From the NCBI RefSeq assembly GCF_006345805.1, contig NW_021835084.1:1-44848 (forward strand): a stretch of DNA of 44,848 bases, read 5' to 3'. Shown here in pieces: positions 12,651-23,188 of the stretch. Within the stretch, counting starts at the first letter, position 1. Each line of letters begins with the position of its first letter. Position numbers and translations under genes: made by a program. Origin of the DNA: Octopus sinensis (taxonomy: Eukaryota). The notes under the pieces were generated by a model. It had not been told where the DNA came from and did no database searches. It saw only the letters and a program-made list of their open reading frames with translations.

Positions 12651-13312
12651 TGTCTACACACACATGCATACATACATAGACCACTGGTTTTGAATTGATA
12701 TTAATCAAATTAATATTCAATTTTTCACCCTCATTTTAAATTTAAATTTAAAATCCATATGTTCTCTAACCAGCATAACTCACTGCAGAATTATTTTCTG
12801 CAGAATTATTTCTGGTATTTAAGTACACCAAAAACGAGGACTTTTGAAAAATAACTCCAAGTGTAAATAGTCGAACTGTATACATGTCCAATCTCAAGCG
12901 GACGACTTGTGTATAGTTCTGCAAATTATACTTGCAAAGACAATCATGCTGAGGAGCTATGGACAAATTGCGCAAGTAAAACTATGTAAATGTTGATAGC
13001 AAAACATGTTCATGATTAATCTATATTTTTGTTATTTCTCATTTGTCTTGCTCGATTACGTTCGGACGCTTGCTGAATTTTCTTGAGAATATTTCTTAGT
13101 GGTAAGACCACAGCGGATCTACTTGTAGCATAAGGGTTGTCCATGCTGAGGTCATCCCTTTTATATGTATATATATACACAAACACGCACACACACATAT
13201 ATATATATAAGTTCAGCAAACAATTCAGATTCAAATGAATATGGCACTTAATTTAGATGCACCAGAATCTTTTATGGTGTTACCCATAAAAATATGCGGG
13301 GTGATTATAATA

Positions 13313-13482
13313 AAAAATAAGCAACAAGAATGAATCCGGTAATTTAGTACAATTGTTTCATACTATAACATTTTATTAAAAACTGTAAATATTACAGCAG
13401 ATATATTTACAACTTTTAATAAAATGTTATAGTATGAAACAATTGTACTAAATTACCGGATCCATTCTTGTTGCTTATTTTT
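13313..13482. repeat. Palindrome 1: 69-bp inverted arms (13313-13381 / 13414-13482)
   Basis: One mismatch between the arms; each arm carries gtatGAAAcaattgta, the HHR half also seen at 40044-40059. Confidence 0.9.
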
Positions 13483-13491
13483 GATATATAT

Positions 13492-13701
13492 ATATATATC
13501 AGTTGATTAAAGTTAAAACATAGTCTGGTTTTCACATTTTTTATTATGGTATTTAAACAAAATTAGCAATTTCATACATAGTGTACTCATCAGATTTTAA
13601 ATGTACACTATGTATGAAAGTACTAATTTTGCTAAAACACAATAATAAAAAAAAAACGTGAAAACCAGACTATGTTTTAACTTTATTCAACCGATATATA
13701 T
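13492..13701. repeat. Palindrome 2: ~95-bp inverted arms with 16-nt spacer, in (TA)n
   Basis: aaagttaaaacatagtctggttttcac vs gtgaaaaccagactatgttttaacttt; spacer 13587-13602 tcatcagattttaaat. Confidence 0.9.
13558..13599 (-). ncRNA. Type I hammerhead ribozyme-like motif (degenerate helix III)
   Basis: taaaat CTGATGA gtaca-cta-tgtat GAA Attgc T A attttg: helix I 6 bp, helix II 5 bp, CUA site. Confidence 0.6.
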
Positions 13702-13749
13702 CATTCTATACACATTCACACAAATTCAAAATAATCATCATCATCATCA

Positions 13750-14130
13750 TCATCATTGTTCAACGTCCGCTTTCCATGCTAGCATGGGTTGGACGGTTCA
13801 ACAGGGGTCTGGGAAGCCCAAAGGCTGCACCAGGCCAGTCAGATCTGGCAGTGTTTCTACAGCTGGATGCCATTCCTAACGCCAACCACTCCGTGAGTGT
13901 AGTGGGTGCTTTTTGTGTGCCACCGACACAGGTGCCAGACGAGGCTGGTGAACGGCCATGCTCGGATGCTGCTTTTTACGTGCCACCGGCACGGAGGCCA
14001 GGCGAGGCTGGCAACGGCCACAATCGGATTGTGTTTGTTACGTGCCACCAGCACGGAGGCCAGTCGATGCGGTACTAGCTACGGCCACGTTTGGATGGTT
14101 CTCTTATGTGCCACTGACACTGGTACCACA
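13750..14130 (-). mobile_element. Family C (RTE 3' UTR-derived) with ~63-bp internal tandem repeats
   Basis: Ends ...ggacgttgaac(aat)gatgatg; gtgccac(c) recurs at 13917, 13980, 14042 and 14108. Confidence 0.85.
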
Positions 14131-14701
14131 ACTACAAATTCCATTGATGTTGATCGATTTCGATTTTGATTTGATTTGATTTTTTGATTTTTTATATATA
14201 TATATATATTATAATTATTATTTGAGGGAATAAAATCCAAACTTACAAGGAAAAAAATTCAATTTAGAAATACTAAATCAAATTTCACACAATATAATAT
14301 ATATATAAACCCTTCCAACACTGTGAGATACAAAATTCTTTGAGCCAAAACCTTAATTATTAACAAGCATTTAATATTTCCCATTACCAATTTGAAACCA
14401 GCAAAAACATTTAAATATTTTAAAACACATAATAAACTTAACAGTCATAATAAACTTAATAGTAGTTAAATTAACAAAGTGCATTACTAGAACCATCCTT
14501 ATAACTAGTTTACTATTTTTCATACAGACGTAGCCTTTACACAAGGCTTAACTTAGACCAAAGATCTTTTAGACAACCTTTGCCAAATATGGTGTAAAGT
14601 GGCACAGAATCTTTGCATGTCGTGAAATGAAAGCAAACCTATTTATTAATTCTTCATCTACAGTCATGGCCAAAAGTTTCAAACATTTCTTTTTTATTTA
14701 A

Positions 14702-14920
14702 CCCTTTAGTGTTCAGATTATTCTATCAAACATAATGCCTATTGATTCCCATTGATTTGAATTAATCATGCATTATCTCATATCTTCAAGATCTTGATGG
14801 TGTAATGACTTAATGTAGAATAACTTTGTAGGGTAGGTGTGAGGGCCTGGATCTGGTCAGTTTGAACATAAAACAGATTAAATATTTTGGCCGGATATGG
14901 CTGGTTTAAATACTAAAGGG
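14702..14920. mobile_element. piggyBac-type MITE, second family
   Basis: ttaa-CCCTTTAGT...ACTAAAGGG-ttaa (TTAA at 14698-14701 and 14921-14924); a degenerate relative at about 15298-15945 is split by a family A SINE. Confidence 0.8.
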
Positions 14921-14979
14921 TTAAATTGTTATGGTCAAGAATAAATCAATTCAAATACATGCAATATCATCATCTTCAT

Positions 14980-15210
14980 CATCATCATCGTTTAACGTCC
15001 ACTTTCCATGCTAGCATGGGTTGGCCGATTTGACTGAGGACTGGTGAACCAGAGGCTGCACCAGGCTCCAATCTGATCTGGCAGAGTTTCTACAGCTGGA
15101 TGCCCTTCCTAACACCAACCACTCTGAGAGTGTAGTGGGTGCTTTTATGTGCCACCAGCACGAGGGCCAGTCAGGTGGTACTGGCAATGGCCACACTAAA
15201 ATGGTGTTTT
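14980..15210 (-). mobile_element. Family C fragment
   Basis: catcatcgtttaacgtccactttccatgctagcatggg... matches 13750-14130. Confidence 0.85.
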
Positions 15211-15351
15211 TTATATATATATTTGGGCATTTAATATAAAAATTCTAAACTTTGGCTAAGTTATAATACTTTGCAAATTGAATATAACTTTGAGCATTTA
15301 ACCATTTAGCATTCAAATTAATCTGTCAAGTGCAATGCTTATATTCTTTTT

Positions 15352-15749
15352 TGTTTTGTTTTAGTCATTTGACTGCGGCCATGCTGGAGCACCGCCTTTA
15401 ATCGAGCAACTCGACCCCGGGACTTATTCTTTTGTAAGCCCAGTACTTATTCTATCGGTCTCTTTTGCCGAACCCCTAAGTAACGGGGACATAAACAAAC
15501 CAGCATCGGTTGTCAAGCAATGCTAGGTGGACAAACACAGATACACAAACACATACACGCATATATATATATATATACATATATATGACGGGCTTCTTTC
15601 AGTTTCCGTCTACCAAATCCACTCACAAGGCTTTGGTCGGCCCGAGGCTATAGCAGAAGATACTTGCCCAAGGTGCCACGCAGTGGGACTGAACCTGGAA
15701 CCATGTGGTTGGTAAACAAGCTACTTATAACACAGCCACTCCTGCGCCT
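15352..15749 (-). mobile_element. Full-length SINE family A
   Basis: Reverse complement of family A. Confidence 0.9.
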
Positions 15750-16176
15750 ATCAGATATATTGCTTATTTATTCTCATTGTTTTGAATTAATCTTCCATTA
15801 TCTCATAGCTCTGAGATTTCAATGGTGGAATTGGTTATTTTTAGAATAACGTGGTAGGGTAGGTGTAAGAGGTTGGATCTGGTCAGTTTCAATATAAAAC
15901 AAGTAGAATATTTGATCCAGATATGGCCACTTTAAATGCTAAACCGAAAATTAAAAAATTCTAATTTTCAAACCTATGTTCCAAAATTTTAGCCATGACT
16001 GTATGTGGGATATATTGTTCAGCACAACCAGGGTATAAAACACCCTTCTTAGTACATTAATATAGGACAACTGAATAATCAGTTAGCACAGGAGAAAATA
16101 TATAAGGTACCCACAGTGGACCTATTTGGAGATTTTATTAAAAGACTAAAGAATCAGAGAAAATTGCTGAAGACTT

Positions 16177-16410
16177 ATTATTTCTTTATTGCCCACAAGA
16201 GCTAAACATAGAGGGGACAAACAAGGACAGACAAACGGATTAAGTCAATTACATCAACCCAAGTGAGTAACTGGTACTTAATTAATCAGCCCCGAAAGGA
16301 TGAGAGGCAAAGTCGACCTCGGCGGAATTTGAACTCAGAACGTAGCAGCAGACAAAATACCACTAAGCATTTCGCCCAGCGTGCTAACGATTCTGCTAGC
16401 TTGCCGCCTT
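16177..16410 (-). mobile_element. Full-length SINE family B with 16-bp TSD
   Basis: Head aaggcggcaagctagcagaatcgttagc...gagttcaaattccg; TSD aaattgctgaagactt at 16161-16176 and 16411-16426. Confidence 0.92.
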
Positions 16411-16850
16411 AAATTGCTGAAGACTTCTGAAAGGAGCAAAGGACTAAAAGAAACAAATGGATTTTGTAAGTTGCTTGTGATTTCAAGCGATATATACCAT
16501 CATCATTATCTATAATGTTTGTTTTCCATGTTGGCATCAGCTGGATTGTCTGATAGGATGCAATGAGCTGTTAGGCTTTGGTATGGTTCCCACAGGTTGA
16601 TGCTGGCCACTTTACTGTTTGAGCATATAATAGGTGCTCTTCTTGTGACACCAGCACTAGGGGTTAGGCCAAGTAACTTGTGAGGAAAAGAAAAGTAAGA
16701 AAAAAATAAGCCCTTTCAATTGAGTGGGAGGTATCACAGAGAGTGAGAGCGAGTGAGGAGAGGGAGGTGGCATTATGCCCGATGTTGAAGGCTAAATTAT
16801 GGCAGAGGGACAAGAACAGGTGCTCTAGTTATAAAGGAGGTATATAGCTA

Positions 16851-17069
16851 CTTCTTTATTACCCACAAGGGGCTAAACATAGAGGGGACGAACAAGGACA
16901 GACATAGGTATTAAGTCGATTACATTGACCCTAGTGCGTAACTGTTACTTAATTTATCGACCCCAAAAGGATGAAAGGCAAAGTCGACCTCGGTGGAATT
17001 TGAACTCAGAACGTAGCGGCAGACGAAATGCCGTTAAGCATTTCGCCCGGCGTGCTAACGATTCTGCCA
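16851..17069 (-). mobile_element. SINE family B with 10-bp TSD
   Basis: TSD tatatagcta at 16841-16850 and 17070-17079. Confidence 0.9.
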
Positions 17070-17611
17070 TATATAGCTAACCTTCTACATATTCGATTGA
17101 AAGAAGCTGGAACAAAGATATTTGTAACTGAGAGTAGCTGGAACAAAGATAGTGATGATGGTGACAGAGTGCCAGAGATACAAGATACAAGAAGGTGACT
17201 GTAAGAGATAATATGGACAGTGGATTGGTGTCAGGGAAAGGCAAGTGTGGGTATTTTCATAAAAGTGTGAGAGGACTGTGGTTGACGGTTAAAGATGGGA
17301 CAAGAGGTGAAAATGTATTTGAATAACAAGGCACAGTACAGTTCATTTGAATGTGTTATTTATAATAACAGTAGTTTATTTTTTATTTTTTCTAATAAAA
17401 ACACAACTCTTTATAATGCTCCCTAAAAAAATTTTATAAAATAATATCATAATGGACGAGAGTGAAAAAGCTTGTAAACACAGAGCGATTGTTGTTAGAT
17501 GTGGAGTGGAATAAGACCATTCTAGTTTTTGAAAAATTTCAGGCCTAAAATTCTTAACAAATAAAAAATCGTTTTTGAGAGCTTGCCTTGTATTTCAAAT
17601 GTGTAATGTGG

Positions 17612-17704
17612 CTGACCAATCAAAGTGCCTAATGCACTCACCATTGGCAATTGCCTAATCGGTTTTCCAATTTTTATTGGTTATTCAGTAGTCTAGCACG
17701 TGCT
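17612..17704. promoter_or_regulatory. CCAAT-box cluster plus palindromic E-box (possible promoter/enhancer)
   Basis: CCAAT 17616 and 17667, ATTGG 17643 and 17676, agCACGTGct 17695-17704; motif-only evidence. Confidence 0.2.
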
Positions 17705-18415
17705 TACTGTCAAGTTGGATGCGTAACCGAAAGTCAAAGCACCATATCTTAGGCATAGGGAGCAAAATAGTTTACTTGTTTGTTTGTTTGTAAGTTTGTT
17801 TATCCTTTGTTTTTTTCTATATTTTCACCTCTTTATGATGTCTAAGAAAAGAGACTGCCATACACAGGCAGAATCTAAATTATGTGTGATTAATTATGCA
17901 AAAACACCCTACCCCCACCCCACACCCACAACCAAAAAGAAATCAGCCAAAAGATATTTCGGTCCTCAACCAACAGAGAAAGGGGGGAAAAAAAAAATGA
18001 TTCATGGTTCATTCGATCAAGAAGAAAAATTGCAAATAATTAAAAATGATAAATGCAATTTCCGGGATGCAGGAACAAAAAAAAAAAGTGTAAAACAGCA
18101 AGATTTTGAAAATAAACTATAGAAACAGGTTGTGTATCAGAGAAGGTAAGGACGATCCATTTCAACAAATATGATAATTATTGAAGCAAAGAAGATTGCA
18201 TGAGTCAGTAGTTTACAAGATTTTACCGGCCATACATCATGGCGTTATCAGTTCATGAAGCACAAAAGCCTAGTTTAATAAGAGCCGAAACAAAAACCCT
18301 TCAAACATGTATTGGTCTGATGCAAGAAGTCTTTATAATGATCCCTCGCCCCCGCCCAAAAAATCTTTATAAAATAATATAATAATGGATGAGAGTGAAA
18401 ACGCTTGTAAATACA

Positions 18416-18466
<51 letters not shown>

Positions 18467-19159
18467 TGTGTGTGTGTGTGTGTGTTTGTGTGTGTGTGTC
18501 TTTGTGTGTGTGTGTGTGTGTTTGTGTGTGTTTGTGTCTGTATTTGTGTCTGTGTTTGTCTCCCCAACCCCACTTGACAACAGATGCTGGTGCCTTTACA
18601 TGCCCGTAACTTAGCAGTTCATCAAAAGAGACCGATAGAATAAGTACTAGGTTTACAAAGAAAAAGTCCTGGGGTCGATTTGCTTCACTAATGACGGTGC
18701 TCCATCATGGTCGCAGTCAAATGACTGAAACAAGCGAATAAGACAAATACCTATCTATCCGACACACACACACACATCCTCCTACTAGGTATTTGTTATA
18801 AAAGTCAGCAAGCCAGGTATTCACCCCAAGATTCACCCCCCAGGGCAGCAGAGAACATTTTCGCACTGGCGTTTCACTCTCTAAACAAGATAACATTCCA
18901 TTTTACCAAGAATAAAAACTGTAGATGAATTAATAAAACATAATTAGTTCCAAGTTAAGAGCAAAAGATAAAGACTTCAACATAATTACATCATGACTAT
19001 ACTTCTCTCTCTCTCTCACTTTCTCTCTCTCTCTCTCTCTCTCTTTTTCTCTAACACTTTCTAATGTTCATCTTCTACCTGTCTCTGTGCCGAGGCTGCA
19101 GCCATGCCAGTTCATCGCCCTGGTTTAACTTGAACCAATTGATAACAGTAATTTATCTT

Positions 19160-19558
19160 TTCCTTTTATACTTGTTTCAGTCATTTGACTGCGGCCATGC
19201 TGGAGCACCACCTTTAGTCGAGCAACTCGACCCCGGGACTTATTTTTTGTAAGCCCAGTACTTATTCTATCGTCTCTTTTGCCGAACTGCTAAGTGACGG
19301 GGACAAAACACACCAGCATCGGTTGTCAAGTAATGCTAGGGGGACAAACACAGACACACAAACACACACACACATATATATATATACATATATACGACGG
19401 GCTTCTTTCAGTTTCTGTCTACCAAATCCACTCACAAGGCTTTGGTCGGCCCGGGGCTATAGTAGAAGACACTTGCCCAAGATGCCACGCAGTGGGACTG
19501 AACCCGGAACCATGTGGTTGGTCAGCAATCTACTTACCACACAGCCACTCCTGCGCCT
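19160..19558 (-). mobile_element. Full-length SINE family A
   Basis: Reverse complement of family A. Confidence 0.9.
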
Positions 19559-19635
19559 ATTTTATAATATATTTTATTTTTTCTTTATGATTTGGTTTAT
19601 GCCTATGTTTGAATTGCATAATAGTGGTTTTTCTC

Positions 19636-19683
<48 letters not shown>

Positions 19684-19689
19684 TACATA

Positions 19690-19903
19690 TGAGGGGGTGC
19701 TGAAAAGTTCCTGGCTTTAAAGGTGTTGAAAAAAGCTTGGCTGGAGGTTCAACCTTCCAAGTTTTTTACAGGGCTTAGCAAAACTAAAGGACTGCTTCAA
19801 TAAGTGTGTGAATCTGAGAGGGGAATATGTTGGATAAGATCATAATTAAGATCATAATTAATTTTCTTTTACCCAAAGCCAGGAACTTTTCCGGACACCT
19901 TTA
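19690..19903 (+). mobile_element. Mariner-derived MITE (irritans-like TIR)
   Basis: 29-bp imperfect TIRs tgagggggtgctgaaaagttcctggcttt / aaagccaggaacttttccggacaccttta, TA flanks; 19763-19837 encodes FLQGLAKLKDCFNKCVNLRGEYVG*, like a mariner transposase C-terminus. Confidence 0.8.
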
Positions 19904-19983
19904 TATATGATCCATATGGTATATTTAGAAAGATAACACAATCTCTAATCTGGAATTGTTACAAAATTAATTAACGTTTATAT

Positions 19984-20229
19984 AGATGGGCTGGACACGT
20001 CACCCGGCTCACCGATAATCGGTGGACGCACGCAGTTGCCGAGTGGTACCCGCGTGAGCGGAAAAGACCACCCGGAAGACCTCCACGACGGTGGAGTGAC
20101 GATTTCAAGAGGACGATTGGGATCGCATGGATGAGAAAGGTGCGATCCAGAGAGGAGTGGACAGCGTGCTGTGACCAGCGGTGTCAAATGGACGCCTGCC
20201 GGACTGGTCGGTCAAAGTGGTCAAAGTGA
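19984..20229 (+). mobile_element. GC-rich 3' end of a distinct RTE LINE inserted in (TA)n
   Basis: Open frame RWAGHVTRLTDNRWTHAVAEWYPRERKRPPGRPPRRWSDDFKRTIGIAWMRKVRSREEWTACCDQRCQMDACRTGRSKWSK*; tail repeat gtcaaagt x2. Confidence 0.85.
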
Positions 20230-20552
20230 TATATATATACAAATCTTTTCTTTATCTGCCACACTAGGCATAACAAAGAGGGGACAGACAAAACATAAAG
20301 AGGTCATGTTTTCCTTTTTTAAAAAAAAAATTCTGGTTAAAAACTGATTTGGTTTTTAAAAATTTCAATTTAAAAATTAATAAAATCATAGATAAATATT
20401 TACATACATCACGTAAAAGTTACCTGGGCTCATAAACCCACTGCCGTTGACTGACATTTCTTTTTATTCTGGTTGGATGGCTGAGCCTAGCTGGCTCCAT
20501 TCATCCTCAACTTTCTCTCCACATTCTGCCATCTTTTATGTAATGTGCTATG

Positions 20553-20988
20553 TGTTCCCCAGCTGGACGGGATACCAGTCCATCACAGCGTTACTCATTT
20601 TTGCCAGCTGAGTGGATTAGAGCAACGTGAAATGAAGTGTTTTGCTCAAGAGCACAATGCCTCGCCTGGTCCAGGAATCGAAACCACAATCTTATGATCA
20701 TGATGCTGACACCCTAACCTCTAAGCCACGTGCCTCCACTTGTGCCCTTTTAAAACCTAGCCAGGCTCATGGGCCCGGTTTCCATGTTTCAATGGCATAC
20801 GTGTTCCCCAGTTGGACGGGACGCCAGTCCATCACAGCATTACTCATTTTTGCCAGCTGAGTGGACTGGAGCAACGTGAAAGGAAGTGTTTTGCTCAAGA
20901 ACACAATGCGTCACCTGGTCCAGGAATCGAAACCATAATTTTACGATCATGATGCTGACACCCTAACCACTAAGCCACGCACCTCCAC
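20553..20988 (-). mobile_element. Two tandem copies of a tRNA-derived SINE (family E)
   Basis: Minus strand gtggaggtgcgtggcttagtggttagggtgtcagc...ggtttcgattcctggacc...gatggactggcgtcccgtcc; copies at about 20553-20738 and 20805-20988. Confidence 0.8.
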
Positions 20989-21167
20989 AGATACATACAA
21001 ACATACATGGATATCAAATATTTAGGGGCTTAGTACAAACATAAGCACATGCACACACACACACACACACGTGATATATTTAAAGGGTTAGCACAATGTC
21101 TAGTCTGCTGGTATCAAAGAAAGGAATCAAGACCATACAAAAACATGAAGGATGATATTTCACTTAC

Positions 21168-21278
21168 TTCTGCAATGAAGAAGGGTTTTATGCAAGGATG
21201 AGAGACCTGCCATTAGACCAGGTAAACAACAAATATCCACCAAGATGGAGAAAAATTTAACCATAACAAGCGACTCAC
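21168..21278 (-). other. Candidate 111-nt exon beginning with a donor-like GTGAGT
   Basis: tttttcttttgtttatttgcag|GTGAGT...CAGAA|gtaagt; only open frame ESLVMVKFFSILVDICCLPGLMAGLSSLHKTLLHCR. Confidence 0.4.
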
Positions 21279-21696
21279 CTGCAAATAAACAAAAGAAAAA
21301 TAGCATAAATATACAACAGTTAAAAATATAAATATACAAAATAAATATTGAAATCATTATATGGAGTAAATTTATTAGTTTTAGTAGAAGGGTTCTGAGG
21401 ATTTTAACCATTTCAGACAAATTAAGGTCTGCAAAATAATTCTTCTTTTATCCAAAAATTTCACCAGACATATTGACATCATTATTGCTAAACATCAAAG
21501 CCTCATCCTTATTTTTTTCACACAAACACACACACATCCATATGTATAAATACAAAAACTGACTCATATAAACACACTAATATACATATATATATACTTG
21601 GAAATGGATGCGTGGCGTTCAATCAAATAATAATGTAGATAATATATATATGTATATATATATGTGTGTATTATATATATATATATATATATCCAT

Positions 21697-21884
21697 AAAT
21701 GTAACATGTGACAATTATTCGGTAGCCATGATAAAACTCCGAGTTTTGGATGCTGAGGTGGAAATCCATGCCGCCATCTCTTCAGTTATCCGGCCATCGG
21801 AATATGGCGGAGTGGATTTCCACCTCAGCATCCAAAACTTGGAGTTTTATCATGGCTACCGAACAATTGTCACATATTACATTT
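21697..21884. repeat. Palindrome 3: 81-bp inverted arms with 26-nt spacer
   Basis: Arms 21697-21777 and 21804-21884, 5 mismatches; tcttcag (CTGAAGA on minus) at 21779-21785 in the spacer. Confidence 0.92.
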
Positions 21885-21979
21885 ACAGATAAATTCCTCT
21901 ATTTACATAATATCAAGGTCTCATTCTTTCTTTTGTTGTCTTACCATTTTTATCAATAATATATATATATATATATAAA

Positions 21980-22165
21980 GTTAATCCAAACAAGAAAACA
22001 CTAAAAAACACAACAACGCGAGGACGTGGAACAAATATAGTATTATTGGACGCTCAGGAAAGAAGGGAAGAAGGAGGGTTTAACGTTTCGAGTGGAGCTC
22101 TTCATCGGAAACATAGGAGAAGGGAAGACAGAGGAAAAAAATCGCCAACAGTACACACGAGGTCA
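21980..22165 (-). mobile_element. Penelope-like terminal-repeat remnant with minimal HHR-like motif at 22078-22112
   Basis: gttt CCGATGA a gagc-tcc-actc GAA ACGT T aaac; sister copy at 32473-32675; (TA)n on its left side. Confidence 0.65.
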
Positions 22166-22527
22166 CACGCACACAGGGCAAACAACAATAATCAAGGGTG
22201 AGTATGGTGAGTGTATTAGATTAATCCCAGAGAAGGTTTAAGAGGGAAAAAGTCCAGAGAGAAGGAAAAGAATAGCCCAAGAAAAGCATCTTTGTCATGA
22301 CATATATATATATGCGTGTGTGTATATAAATAGATGTGTGTATTTTCCCCTTGTTAAGAATTAACACGGAAAAAATACATAAATAGTTACCAGGGTAGCA
22401 AAAAATCACACAAGTAAAAACTCCCTGTTTTTAAAGGTAGAAGCTTCGGGTTTACGTGAAATATTTTGTATAATATATAGAAATAAATAAATGGAGTTAA
22501 ACGCAGGGGTTATTCAAATTCTTTTAA

Positions 22528-22610
22528 TTTCGACACGTTTCGAAGATATCACTGGTATTATTCCAAAGGAATAAAATGATATAAAACAATGCAATCTTCT
22601 CTTCAGGGAA
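22528..22610 (-). ncRNA. HHR-like motif with canonical core and long helix II
   Basis: ttcc CTGAAGA gaaga-(48 nt)-tcttc GAA ACGTGT C gaaa; GUC site; helix I weak (3 of 4 pairs). Confidence 0.45.
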
Positions 22611-23188
22611 GTGAAGAAATGAAACTCGTCAATAAGACATTTTAACAGAAAATGATGGATATGTTTAGTGATTAAATGAATGCTATTAAGATTGTTTCAA
22701 AAAAACGTTAGAGGATATAATGTCAAAGGTAGCCTATAGAAAGAGGAGGTATAAAGGAAAGAAAAAGTAAATAAATGAGATGTATATAACTATATGTATA
22801 TTAAATAAAACCATATATATTTGGAAAAAGATGTATCTAGTGAATATATATATATATATATATATATGTAGTGAATTTATATTTTGTATATATATATATA
22901 TATAGGGAATTTATATATATATATATATAATATATATGCCTTCTACTGGTTTAAGTTATTAGACTGTGGCCATGCTGGGGCACATCTTTGAAGAAATTTT
23001 AGTGGAATGAGTTTGTTTGTTTTTCTTAAGCCTGCTACTTACTCTATTGATCTCTTTTGCTGAACCACTAGGTTATCAGGATGTAAACATACAAATACCA
23101 ATTGTCAAGTGGTGGTAGTGGTGGTGGTGGTGGTAGAGATAAACATAGACACTAAGACATGCACACAAACACAAATAAACACACTCAC

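Noticed and set aside
13492-13701. Tc1/mariner MITE interpretation of palindrome 2
   Set aside because: The TA flanks are a microsatellite and the hinge holds an HHR, so a Penelope-related origin fits better, though this is not proven.
14659-14680. TA-CAGTCATGGCCAAAAGTTT, a Tc1-like TIR
   Set aside because: Only one end found and no transposase remnant.
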